This document shows positions 1 to 10,968 of a stretch of DNA of 64,000 nucleotides, piece by piece. The stretch's first letter is position 1. Each line of letters starts with the position of its first letter. Source of the stretch: Eledone cirrhosa (taxonomy: Eukaryota); the NCBI GenBank assembly GCA_964016885.1, contig OZ024743.1, forward strand, positions 324,508,001-324,572,000. The letters are read 5' to 3'. The translations under genes and the position numbers were made by a program. The notes beneath the pieces are model-generated. The model worked only from the letters and a program-made list of their open reading frames with translations, ran no database searches and was not told where the DNA came from.

Positions 1-38
<38 letters not shown>

Positions 39-85
39 CACACACACACACTCTCACACACACACATATATATATATATATAATA

Positions 86-455
86 CTAGCTGAATTATCC
101 AGCATTGCCCGGGTTACTGCTGTTCTTATTCAGATTAGTAAACAATAAATATGAAGATATGTTTTTTTTCTCTCATAATTATTTCAAAATATCTATATTT
201 TATTTTTTTTTAAATATCAAAATTTGAATGATAATAGAATTTAGAAATGAAAATCCGTCAATCTTGATGCACCTTAGGGTAAACAATATCTATTGTGTAA
301 TTCATGCATGTGTAGATGTGTGTGTGTATTTAATAACGTACCTAATGAACGCGCAAACACACACACACTCACAGACACATACATATTCATATACAAAATG
401 TGGCATTCTATTGTTTTAATCCAAATGAAAATAAAAATTATCACACATACATTCA

Positions 456-500
<45 letters not shown>

Positions 501-891
501 TACACCCACACACACTCTCACATTCGCTCACATACATACACTAAGACAGACACATACACAATTTGACGACTACACTCTCTCATACACTCACACACATTAT
601 GTGTATGTATGTGTAGATGTGTGTGTGTTTAATTCTCTGAGGCCTAACCTACATAACGAACGCACAAATACACACACACTCACAGACACATACACACTCA
701 TATACAAAATATGACGTCGTCGTCGTCGTTGTGGTTTACTATAGTTGACTATAAAATATTACTTTAGATAAAATCTTATATTGTTTTAATCCAAATGAAA
801 ATAAAAATTACATGTTGACTCTCCCGGGTCTAATACTATTATCTTGTAACATTTGATTTGATTTGGTTCAGCCGTTAGCAAATGCATAGGA

Positions 892-924
<33 letters not shown>

Positions 925-956
925 GAGACAGGTAAAGAATTTTATATATAGAGAGA
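86..956 (-). mobile_element. Non-autonomous Helitron-like element
   Basis: The minus strand starts TC(TC)TATATATAAAATT followed by (CTGT)n, and ends with an imperfect GC-rich hairpin (CCCGGGCAATGCTGG) about 8 nt before CTAG|T. It has an internal ~300-bp duplication (305-440 vs 605-810). Confidence 0.6.
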
Positions 957-1329
957 TATGTATGTATTAAATTCTTGACAGGAAAGAATATTTAATTGTT
1001 AACATAAATACTTAAAAACTTTCTCTAGATATAGTCCAAACTAACCTATGGTTTGATCTCATACATCCATTTTCTTATGAATTGCATCTCTTTTGACTTG
1101 GTGATTTCAAAGAGGACTGGCGCCGAATCTAGTATTTGAATCTCTGTTATCACGAAAAATACTTTTTATCTCTAATGTCCACCTTTGTTCTATTTTACAT
1201 ATCTCTATACCCACTCTGCATCTCCCTATGTATCGAGTACTCACATGATTAGTCGTCTCCTCGGTCTCGGCAACAGTCTCTCTATCTCTCTCTCTCTCTC
1301 CCTCTCTCTCTCTCTCGCTCTCTCTTTAA

Positions 1330-1439
<110 letters not shown>

Positions 1440-1605
1440 AATTTATATCTAGTAACATTTATATACATACAGATGCATATCAATGCTAGCAAATATATAG
1501 GTTTTGTCTTATTAACATTGTGGTTCAATGCATGTGGTTGCAGAACAATAATATGAAAGACGTAAAATAAGAAAATTATAAAATTAACTTACTTACTAAA
1601 AAATC

Positions 1606-1688
1606 ACTTCCAACTAATTAGTTTCTGGAATGGAGTAAATATATTTTCCGAAGAAACATATGGAAAATCATTCCGTCATCAGGAAAGT
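1606..1688 (-). ncRNA. Type I hammerhead ribozyme (family A, inverted copy)
   Basis: Reverse complement of the 2300-2382 motif. Confidence 0.75.
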
Positions 1689-2299
1689 CTTTTTCCGTGT
1701 AAGTCTCCAGGCATAGCGAGGACTCTGGAAACTTATTAAAAAAATAATTCAGTGGAAAGGAAATAGCGAAGCGTGGACTAGATTCCTAGCCATTGAGAAA
1801 GTCACTGCCTCTTCGTCTGTGGCAAATTCAAAAAGAATCAATCACGTGACATCGAGGTCAATCAGTGGAAAGCGAATGGTTAATAAGACAGCGGCCAGCC
1901 TACTACCATAGTAGCAGTCATAGCCAAATATTGCTCGACAAATGAATTGGAGAAGACAAAACCTATATATTTGCTAGCATTGATATGCATCTGTGTGTAT
2001 ATAAATGTTACTAGATATAAATTCCTTATAATTATCTCCAATTCATTTGTCGAGCAATATTTGGCCATGACTGCTACTATGGTAGTAGGCTGGCCGCTGT
2101 CTTATTAACCATTCGCTTTCCACTGATTGACCTCGATGTCACGTGATTGATTCTTTTTGAATTTGCCACAGACGAAGAGGCAGTGACTTTCTCAATGGCT
2201 AGGAATCCAGTCCACGCTTCGCTATTTCCTTTCCACTGAATTATTTTTTTAATAAGTTTCCAGAGTCCTCGCTATGCCTGGAGACTTACACGGAAAAAG

Positions 2300-2382
2300 A
2301 CTTTCCTGATGACGGAATGATTTTCCATATGTTTCTTCGGAAAATATATTTACTCCATTCCAGAAACTAATTAGTTGGAAGT
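2300..2382 (+). ncRNA. Type I hammerhead ribozyme (family A)
   Basis: Stem I ACUUUC/GGAAGU, core CUGAUGA, C.A then stem II GGAAUG/CAUUCC with inner UUUUCC/GGAAAA, GAAA, palindromic stem III CUAAUUAG, GUU triplet. Confidence 0.8.
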
Positions 2383-2825
2383 GATTTTTTAGTAAGTAAG
2401 TTAATTTTATAATTTTCTTATTTTACGTCTCTCATATTATTGTTCTGCAACCCCATGCATTGAACCACATTGTTAATAAGACAAAGCCTATATATTTGCT
2501 AGCATTGATATGCATCTGTGTGTATATAAATGTTACTAGATATAAATTCCTTATAATTATCTCCAATTCATTTGTCGAGCAATATTTGGCCATGACTGCT
2601 ACTATGGTAGTAAGCTAGCCGCTGTCTTAATAACCACTCGCTTTCCACTGATTGACCTCGATGTCACGTGATTGATTCTTTTTGAATTTGCCACGGACGT
2701 AGAGGCAGTGATTTTCTCAATGGCTTGGAATCCAGTCCACGCATCGCTATTTCCATTCCACTGAATTATTTTTTTTAATAAGTTTCCAGTGTCCTCGCTA
2801 TGCCTGGAGACCTATACGGAAAAAG

Positions 2826-2910
2826 ACTTTCCTGATGACGGAATGATTTTCTATATATGTTTCTTCGGAAAATATATTTACTCCATTCCAGAAACTAATT
2901 AGTTGGAAGT
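2826..2910 (+). ncRNA. Type I hammerhead ribozyme (family A, next tandem unit)
   Basis: Same motif, with the core 526 nt downstream of the previous one. Confidence 0.8.
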
Positions 2911-3078
2911 GATTTTTTAGTAAGTAAGTTAATTTTATAATTTTCTTATTTTACGTCTCTCATATTATTGTTCTGCAACCCCATGCATTGAACCACATTG
3001 TTAATAAGACAAAACCTATATATTTGCTAGCATTGATATGCATCTGTGTGTATATAAATGTTACTAGATATAAATTCC

Positions 3079-3158
<80 letters not shown>

Positions 3159-3594
3159 CATACATATAATGATTTGTCCACACGCAATTGATTGCCCAAC
3201 CTTAGGTTTCATGATCTGACAAGATTGCATAATGGCAATCATTATTAGTCAGGCTCTTTCATCGGGTATTTAATTATATGTACATATTACAAAGACAGTG
3301 AACAGTTTCGTACCGCAGTTCGTGTAATTAAGCAGTTTGAAGATGTATCTCCATGTTTAGTTTATTGATTTAGTTGTCATTCTGTGCGTGTGGAGACGTT
3401 GTTAATTTTGTTGTTGCTATTGTTATGTTATTGCTCTGTTGATGTTGTTATTGTTGATGTTAATGTTGTTGCTGCTACTCTGTTGTATTTGAAATTATCT
3501 CCAGTTTTTATCGAGTTGATTATTTTTAGTAGTGTAATTGGGGTTCTATTTTCAGGTTGCCTTGAGAGATGTATACACACATATACATACATAT

Positions 3595-3909
3595 ATGGTG
3601 GCTGCCAACTCGTTTTCGAGTACGGCCACTACCTTATATCCATGTAGGAGAACTCCTACCGATGCGCTGAACGAGTGCGACTTGAAAACTCTGGTACAAA
3701 CACTACACCTGTGACAATTATTGACACATAGTGCTGGGCCCTTGGTACCATGTGATGAAAAGTGCAGAGAGATCTCCAGATATAAAGCAATGCCTGTGCC
3801 GTGAAGCTTTTATAGTGAGCAAAGGCACTGCACAAAGCCAGTCCCACTCTCTTAACCAAGATGATATTTACCAAAAAGAAGAACAAGTCAACATCATTGG
3901 ATACCATCA
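3595..3909 (+). repeat. Interspersed ~320-340-bp repeat, family C
   Basis: Near-identical reverse-complement copy at 34852-35189. Confidence 0.8.
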
Positions 3910-3914
3910 GTGTT

Positions 3915-4184
3915 GCAGGTGTTATATCAGAGTTTTCCTTCTCCTAGAATTCTGCCTTGACAAAGGCTAAGGGGTCATCTCTCCCGGTGATTTTGGATGG
4001 CCATTGACTCTTAAGAGCTCCTTTGCCCTTTGACAGGTTTTGTTTTTAGTCCTGCAGGATGTCCAAAATCACCCTCCTCACCAAGAAACCTTGGTGGGGT
4101 TGCCAGTTTAGTCGCCAACCACGCGACCATGGGACAGGTTGTACTGGAATACATGTTACCAGTAGCACCAACTGGTGACCTGAC
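3915..4184 (-). mobile_element. RTE-like retrotransposon 5' UTR fragment, family D
   Basis: Similar to 61756-61950. It contains GGCGACTAAA..GGCAACCCC and TAGGAGAAGGAAAACTCTGA, which I recall from RTE-clade 5' UTRs. Confidence 0.45.
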
Positions 4185-4347
4185 AAACATATATATATAT
4201 ACATATATACATACACACATACACATATATATATATAACATACATATATACATATATACATACATATATACTTATATACATATATACAAGCTTAGACACA
4301 CGCACGCACAGACACACATACACATATATATATATATATATATATAT

Positions 4348-4536
4348 AGGAAAAGAGTCAGGACCCCGACGGCTGAGCTCCGGCCGTTTCGACAGCTAGA
4401 TCTGAACTCAGAACGAAACGGCCAGAGCTCAGCCGTCGGGGTCCTGATACTTTTCCTATTACCCACTCTGCTACCCTAGGTATCGAGTACTCTTGTGGAT
4501 TACGGTCCACATGGTTCCTTACCACACTTCCCTCGT
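4348..4536 (+). mobile_element. Fold-back element family B with 3' half of a hammerhead
   Basis: Inverted arms 4348-4392/4413-4458. Reads GAAA-CGGC-(9 nt)-GCCG-UC-GGGG. Other copies at 41702-41880 and 55322-55470. (TA)n flanks. Confidence 0.65.
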
Positions 4537-4886
4537 TATATATATATATACACACACACACGGGTTCGATTCCACTGCGTGACGTCTTGGGTATGTGTCA
4601 CTTACCTTAACCTCGGGTCGAACGAAGCGAACAACCGGAATACTCATTGTTGCTACCACCGGAAGTCCCATTCCAAGTATGTTTACCGTGGCATGGCAAG
4701 GTTTCTCAGTGGTTGGGGACGAAGACACTTTTTGGTGCTCCACCTTAATTAAAAGGCGTGATGGACGAGAAGTAATGTGGCTTTCCTTCACACCTTCGAT
4801 ATGGGGCGTTACCTCCCCCACTGATATACCGCGTCTGACTGCATGGTAGTAATGCATCACTGATAGTATATTCTGTAACAATGTAA

Positions 4887-5150
4887 CGTGGAGGCATGTG
4901 GCCTAGTGGTAAGGGGGTTGGACTTACGATTATAATGTCGTAGGTTCGATTCCCGGGTTGCGTGTTGTGTTCTTGAGAAAAAAAAACTTCATTTCACGTT
5001 GCTCCAGTATACTCAACTGAAAATGAGTACCAGCAATAGCTGGAGGTTTAACCCTGCGATGGACTGACGTCTTGTCTTGTATTCTCAGTCGCTTCACGCC
5101 ATGAAACCGGGATAAGCCCCGGCCAAATGAGCCTTCTGGCTTAAGACAGA
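4887..5150 (+). mobile_element. tRNA-derived SINE (family 2)
   Basis: A box TGGCCTAGTGG and B box GGTTCGATTCCC, followed by the central domain GTGTTGTGTYCTTGAG..ATTTCACGTTGCTCCAG. Related heads at 39483-39700 and 56690-56805. Confidence 0.8.
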
Positions 5151-5192
5151 CTTTAGACATTTTAGAACAATGCAACACTAACGATAAATTAT

Positions 5193-5572
5193 ATAATTGT
5201 TTCTACTTTTGGCACAAGGCCAGCAATTATCCCAGTGCATTACTGGTACTTTATTTTATCGACCTCGTAAAGATGAAAGGCAAAGTTAACCTCAGCGGGA
5301 TTTGAACTCAGATCATAAAGGACCGTAACTCTATGCTGTAAAGCATGGCGTCCGACCCTCTATCGATACTGCCAAGGTTTCTGATTTGGGGGGAGGGGGA
5401 AGTCGATTATACCGACCTCAGTGCATTGCAGGTACTTTATTTTATCGACCCGGTAAAGGTGAAAAGCAAAGCTAACCTCGGAAGGGTTTGAACTCAGAAC
5501 GTAAAAGGCCGCAACTCTATGTTGCAAGGCATGTTGTCCGAGGCTCTACCTATACTGCCAATCCCCCACCCT
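5193..5572 (-). mobile_element. Two tandem tRNA-derived SINEs (family 1, the most abundant SINE of the window)
   Basis: The minus strand reads TGGCAGTATCGGTAGAG..GAGTTCAAATCCCGCCGAGGTTAACTTTGCCTTTCATCCTTACGGGGTCGATAAAATAAAGTACCAG, a motif recurring more than 15 times in the window. Confidence 0.85.
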
Positions 5573-5654
5573 CGGTTATAACAATATAATATATAACGAC
5601 AATGTGACACTGAGATGGAGCTTCGTCAATTCGACGATGAGGGACCAGTTTTTC

Positions 5655-5845
5655 GTGTATTCTCGACTCCCAAATAATTGGCGGGGGAGGGGGGATAAGC
5701 GGGTGGTGTTGGAATAAGCGGAGGTGGAGGTAGGGGTGGAAATAGGCAATTTTTCTAGGTGTCTCCGTTAATTTTTATAAAATCAGAGTTAGTCGTTTAG
5801 TTGACATATTGAGACCCCAAGCCATTCTATTTTATAACGTAAGGA
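5655..5845 (+). repeat. Interspersed repeat fragment
   Basis: Diverged copy at 63770-63925 (GGAATAAGCGG..AATTTTTCTA..TTAGTCGTTT..CCCCAA). Confidence 0.55.
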
Positions 5846-6503
5846 GTTATAGTAATGAGTTATAGTAATGTGTTATAGTAATGAGTTATAGTAATGAGTT
5901 ATAGTAATGAGTTATAGTAATGTGTTATAGTAATGAGTTATAGTAATGTGTTATAGTAATGAGTTATAGTAATGTGTTATAGTAATGAGTTATAGTAATG
6001 AGTTATAGTAATGTGTTATAGTAATGAGTTATAGTAATGAGTTATAGTAATGTTATAGTAATGAGTTATAGTAATGAGTTATAGTAATGAGTTATAGTAA
6101 TGAGTTATAGTAATGTTATAGTAATGAGTTATAGTAATGAGTTATAGTAATGAGTTATAGTAATGAGTTATAGTAATGTGTTATAGTAATGAGTTATAGT
6201 AATGAGTTATAGTAATGTGTTATAGTAATGTGTTATAGTAATGAGTTATAGTAATGAGTTATAGTAATGAGTTATAGTAATGTGTTATAGTAATGAGTTA
6301 TAGTAATGTGTTATAGTAATGAGTTATAGTAATGAGTTATAGTAATGAGTTATAGTAATGAGTTATAGTAATGAGTTATAGTAATGAGTTATAGTAATGT
6401 GTTATAGTAATGAGTTATAGTAATGAGTTATAGTAATGAGTTATAGTAATGTGTTATAGTAATGAGTTATAGTAATGTGTTATAGTAATGAGTTATAGTA
6501 ATG
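5846..6503. repeat. 13-bp minisatellite (A/T)GTTATAGTAATG, about 50 copies
   Basis: Read directly: two main variants plus two 11-bp deletion units. Confidence 0.95.
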
Positions 6504-6579
6504 CACTTTTTTTATAATGTATAAAGAAAATTAATTGTCGCTACCACTTAAAATAAAATTTCGCCGGAGATAGATTAGC

Positions 6580-7075
6580 AAAATCTATTTGTATATGCGC
6601 TACATGTTATGTACATGTTATGTAGAGATAGTTGGGATTGGGAGAGATATATATATAGAGAGGGGGAGTGTTTGGTGGTAATTGATATAGAGAGGGAGGT
6701 TTGAAAAGAGTTCCGTGTAGTAGACATAGAGAGGGGGATTGGAAGATAGTTCCGTGTAGTAGATATACAGAGGGGGAGAGTTTGGTGATAATTGATATAG
6801 TGAGGAGGATTGGGAAAGAGTGTTGTATGGTTGATTGAGAGAGGGGCAGAGTTTGATGGTAATGAATTGAGTGAGAGCATTGATAGAGATAAGTATTGAT
6901 AGATATAGAGAGGGTGAGAGTTTGGTAGTGATGGATAGAGTGAGAGGGAAAGAATGAGATTGCCGTATGGTAGATATAGAGAGGGGGATAGTTTGGTGCT
7001 AATTGATATATAGAGGGAGGTTGGAAGAGTATGTTGTATATCAGATATAGTTGTATGTTGTATATTAGATATACG
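6580..7075 (-). repeat. Repeat family E with ~60-bp internal subrepeats
   Basis: Reverse-complement similarity to 54520-54870 (CTCTATATCAATTACCACCAAACTCT..CTACACGGAACT). Confidence 0.65.
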
Positions 7076-7294
7076 TGCTCAAGAATATCGGTTTTTACAA
7101 AACTGTTTTTTTTCCATTTCAGGTAGACGCGCGCCATCATCCACTTTTCTAAAAAAACGAATCATACACAAAACGCCAGCACCAACGGTTTTGCAAGAGA
7201 TGTCAACATGAATGGACCTATTATTGTTATCTAAAGACATTTTTTCCAATTCCATCCCGCCCGTCACCATAATCTATTTTATTTCTCCTTCTTT

Positions 7295-7328
7295 CTTCTG
7301 ATGAAGGACTAGCGTCCGAAACGTTACG
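7295..7328 (+). ncRNA. Minimal hammerhead motif in the pseudo-LTR upstream of the PLE ORF
   Basis: CUGAUGA-A-GGAC-UAGC-GUCC-GAAA-CG-UU. Stem I is decayed. Confidence 0.7.
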
Positions 7329-7659
7329 ACCCTCTTCCTGCTATATTAAGCGTTAACCTAATATATACCTTCCATATACTGTACCGATTGTGTTGTTATT
7401 TCTGTTTACCTTTTACATACATATACATATATCAACGCTTACGTGGACCTCTCAAAATTCGTTGGCTTTTCTGATTGGACTTTCACCTCGAAACTGGATA
7501 CCAACCCGGAGTATACCTGAACTTCCACCAGGAAATCTTTCATATCTTTAAAATTTTCTTTGCTTCTTGCATTTAAATATTCCACGATTCTCTACCACTT
7601 TTCCTCTACTACATTCTTCTCACCCATCTATTTTTCACTCCCACCCTAGTACCTTCAAT

Positions 7660-9320
7660 ATGCCCAATCTCAAATCTTTTCTCCGCCAGCTCCATTCTAC
7701 TCTCAAGCGCTTCCTCCAACCCCTCCCCCCTATATGCATCCAATCCTCCCTGCATCTCTCCAACCTCATGTTCACCAAAACACGATACAACAGTCACATC
7801 ACATTTTTAAGTCGCTGTCTCCACCACCACCTCATTCCCCGCGGGTTCCGCCTCAAGTTTCACCCCACCTCTTACTCTGCTCCCACCACTGAGCCCATCC
7901 TTAACCGCTCCTCTCGCCAGCTCATGCGGGCGACCATTCGATCAACTCTCGCCCAAATCCGTTCTCTTGACCGAGATCTCCCCAAGGCCTACCCCCACAT
8001 CTCCTCCACTTGCCACCCTTTCCTCGCCCAATCCCTTATCCAATTCATCCTTTACCTCAATCGCCTCCTTTTCAATTTCTTCACTTCCGCAAAAAACCAT
8101 AAACTCGACTCTCTCCACTCCCCGCCTGCCGTCACCACCCATACTCATATCACCTCCAACCCTAACCCCTCTATCCCGTCACCTACCACTATATCCGCAC
8201 ACGCTTTGCCCAACCACCTTGACCCCTCCGCTTCCGCCTATTTCACTCCCTCACGTCCCTGCACTCTAGTTACTATACCACAGGACCTGCCACTCTCACT
8301 CTCCGAAGCTGAGCGCTCCCTCATCGGCCGTGGTTTGCGTTTTATACCAACCACATCTACCTGCGACGAGTTCTGCACACGTGCCGAGATTGAAGGGTTC
8401 TTCCGTCGATTAAAGCTGAAAGCTTTTTTTCACGACACGCCATCATCAACACAGACGGATGACTTCACTCGTCTCAGTCGCCGGCAATCACATTGGACGC
8501 CGAGCTCTGGCCAGTTCAGCACCCTCGACTCCTTTGTCGATACTTGCCGGCGTACTGTGAATCGGTTCCGTTTCACCAGCATTCTCGTCGCTCTAACATC
8601 ACGCGAACTGAGCTCTCCGCTCTTCGCAACCTTCGGCGTCGTGATGACATTGTCATCAAACCCGCTGAGAAAAGGTGACGCTGTGGTGGTTTGGAGCGCT
8701 GACCTCTATAGGGCTGAGGCTCTCCGACAGCTTCACAATACCCTTTTTTACCGCCCTTTATCCTCCGACTCCACTCCTGGCTACCAACAACTCGTGTCCT
8801 CCACCATCCACGAGCTCATCTCCTCCTCTCACCTACCCCTACAGCCACCAACCTTATTGTACGCACCCCTCGCACACCCACCATCTACTTCCTCCCCAAA
8901 ATACACAAACAAAATAATCTTGGCCGTCATATCGTTTCTGCGCGCAACTGCCTCACCGAGATAATTTCTGAATATTTAGACACCATCCTCACCCCGTTGG
9001 TCGGCAATCTCCCTTCCCACATCCACGATAGAAATCATGCCCTTAGACTCTTCAACTCTTTCTCCTTCAACTGGTCCCTCCCGCCTTCTCTTTACCCTGG
9101 ACATCACTTCTCTCTATACCGTCATCCCTTATGATGACGACCTCCGCGCTCTCCAGCATTTTTTAGATTTACGCCCTACCCCTTACCCCAGCACTACCAC
9201 TCTTCTCCGTCTGGCTGAGCTTGTTCTCACCCTTGATGGATTTTCTTTTTCGAGTGAATTCTACCAGCAGGTCTCTGGGGTAGCGTTGGGAACCAGAATA
9301 GGTCCAAACTATGCCAATAT
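7660..9320 (+). pseudogene. Penelope-like element (Neptune-like) reverse transcriptase, frameshifted and 3'-truncated
   Basis: PLE motifs HITFLSRCL..IPRGF, LSEAERSLIGRGLRFIPT, DDIVIKPA(E)KG-AVVVW, LFTLDITSLYTVIP and YQQVSGVALGTRIGPNYANI, split over several frames. It ends in a microsatellite before YxDD. Confidence 0.92.
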
Positions 9321-9371
9321 ACACACACACATATAAATATATATATAGATTGGGTGTGTGTGCATGTGTGC

Positions 9372-9427
<56 letters not shown>

Positions 9428-9625
9428 ATATATTTATATATATAGGATCCCTAAAATATAACGAATATATATATATTTATTAAAATAACAGATTAATTAT
9501 TATTACTATATATATATATATATACAAATTTTAGTGCAGCATTAACGAAGCTTTAGGCTGCGGCTAAGCTAACGAATGCAGATTCTGAATGGAGCTTAGC
9601 ACTCGATGGAGAATAATACCCCAGA

Positions 9626-9753
9626 GTTATAACAATACGTTTAGACAGCTTTGCAAATCAAATATAGCGACCGGCAGTCCAGCAGCATTGCCATAACAAC
9701 GAATAAAAACTGAACTCAGGGAAAGATATATATATATATATTAATATATAACT

Positions 9754-9792
<39 letters not shown>

Positions 9793-9984
9793 TAATAAAA
9801 ATAATGAATAAAAACAAAGAAACAGTTCCTTATATTAAAAAATTCATCATTTTACGATCGTTTCTAGGATATATATGTGTGTGTTGGTATGTATATCATA
9901 TAGATCTATGTCAAATTTTTACAAACTATCAGAGGGAATATACATACCTACACATATATATGCTGTCTTCAGAAATAATTTATC

Positions 9985-10049
<65 letters not shown>

Positions 10050-10146
10050 TTCCCTGAGTTCAGTTTTTTTCGTTGTTATGGCAATGCGGCTGGACTGCCG
10101 GTCGTTATATTTGATTTGCAAAGCTGTCTAAACGTATTGTTATAAT
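9626..10146. repeat. ~100-bp inverted repeat pair (9626-9727 / 10046-10146)
   Basis: The arms are near-perfect reverse complements, separated by (TA)n tracts and another element. Confidence 0.8.
9849..9976 (-). ncRNA. Type I hammerhead with long stem II
   Basis: AUUU-CUGAAGA-C[AG.AUAUAUAUGUGU...ACACAUAUAUAU.CU]A-GAAA-CGAUCG-UA-AAAU. Confidence 0.7.
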
Positions 10147-10166
10147 TCTATATATATATATATATT

Positions 10167-10260
10167 GGGGTTTATAACCCTCGGAGAAATGGAAAAAGAT
10201 GAGTGTTGCCGTACACGACAACACTCATCTTTTCCTATTTCTCCGAGGGTTATAAACCCC
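10167..10260. repeat. Near-perfect 94-bp fold-back hairpin
   Basis: GGGGTTTATAACCCTCGGAGAAAT..ATTTCTCCGAGGGTTATAAACCCC with ~45-bp arms, next to (TA)n. Confidence 0.85.
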
Positions 10261-10387
10261 ACTATCAGGCTAGAAATTTCTTTAGTCTAAAATACGGTGA
10301 AAGCTTATAATTTCTAATTTCTAATTTCAAACTCGCGCACCGTTTCAAAAACATACTTACATGTTTACGTTTATAATTTGCTTGTTT

Positions 10388-10424
<37 letters not shown>

Positions 10425-10502
10425 TAGGTAGTAAAGTGAAATACTGGAGTTGGTACCAAAATATATACATATATACACACACATACGCACACACTCATAT
10501 AC

Positions 10503-10562
<60 letters not shown>

Positions 10563-10693
10563 CTGTGTGTGTCTATCTGTAATTTTTTTTTAATTTTTTT
10601 TTTAGTAATAGAGGACTATAGACAGGCAGTGAGATAACCAGAAAGACAGGTTTGTAGGTAGATATAGAGATAGACAATTAGATAGATAGATTT

Positions 10694-10736
<43 letters not shown>

Positions 10737-10968
10737 TTCTTTATTTGCCACAAGGGCACACAAGAAAAGGGGACAATACAAAGACATGCCGGGGATTTTA
10801 CATACAGTCGTGTAAAAAATATAAAACAAACAATTATAACAATCGAAATCCCCAATAGGGGGGAAGCGCCACAAATGGGTTGTTTAATACCCCGTCGATA
10901 GAACAACCCTCAACTCCAGGAGCGTGTTGTGTAAGTGCTCCTTTCTTCCTTTTGCTCTCTTCCTTAAC

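Noticed and set aside
4519-4881. GC-richer segment with 84-120-aa ORFs on both strands
   Set aside because: I recognise no motif. It could be a mobile-element fragment or exon but cannot be supported without a search.
4887-4960. tRNA gene
   Set aside because: A and B boxes are present, but there is no cloverleaf or acceptor stem and it continues into a SINE body. The same holds near 23670, 39580 and 56690.
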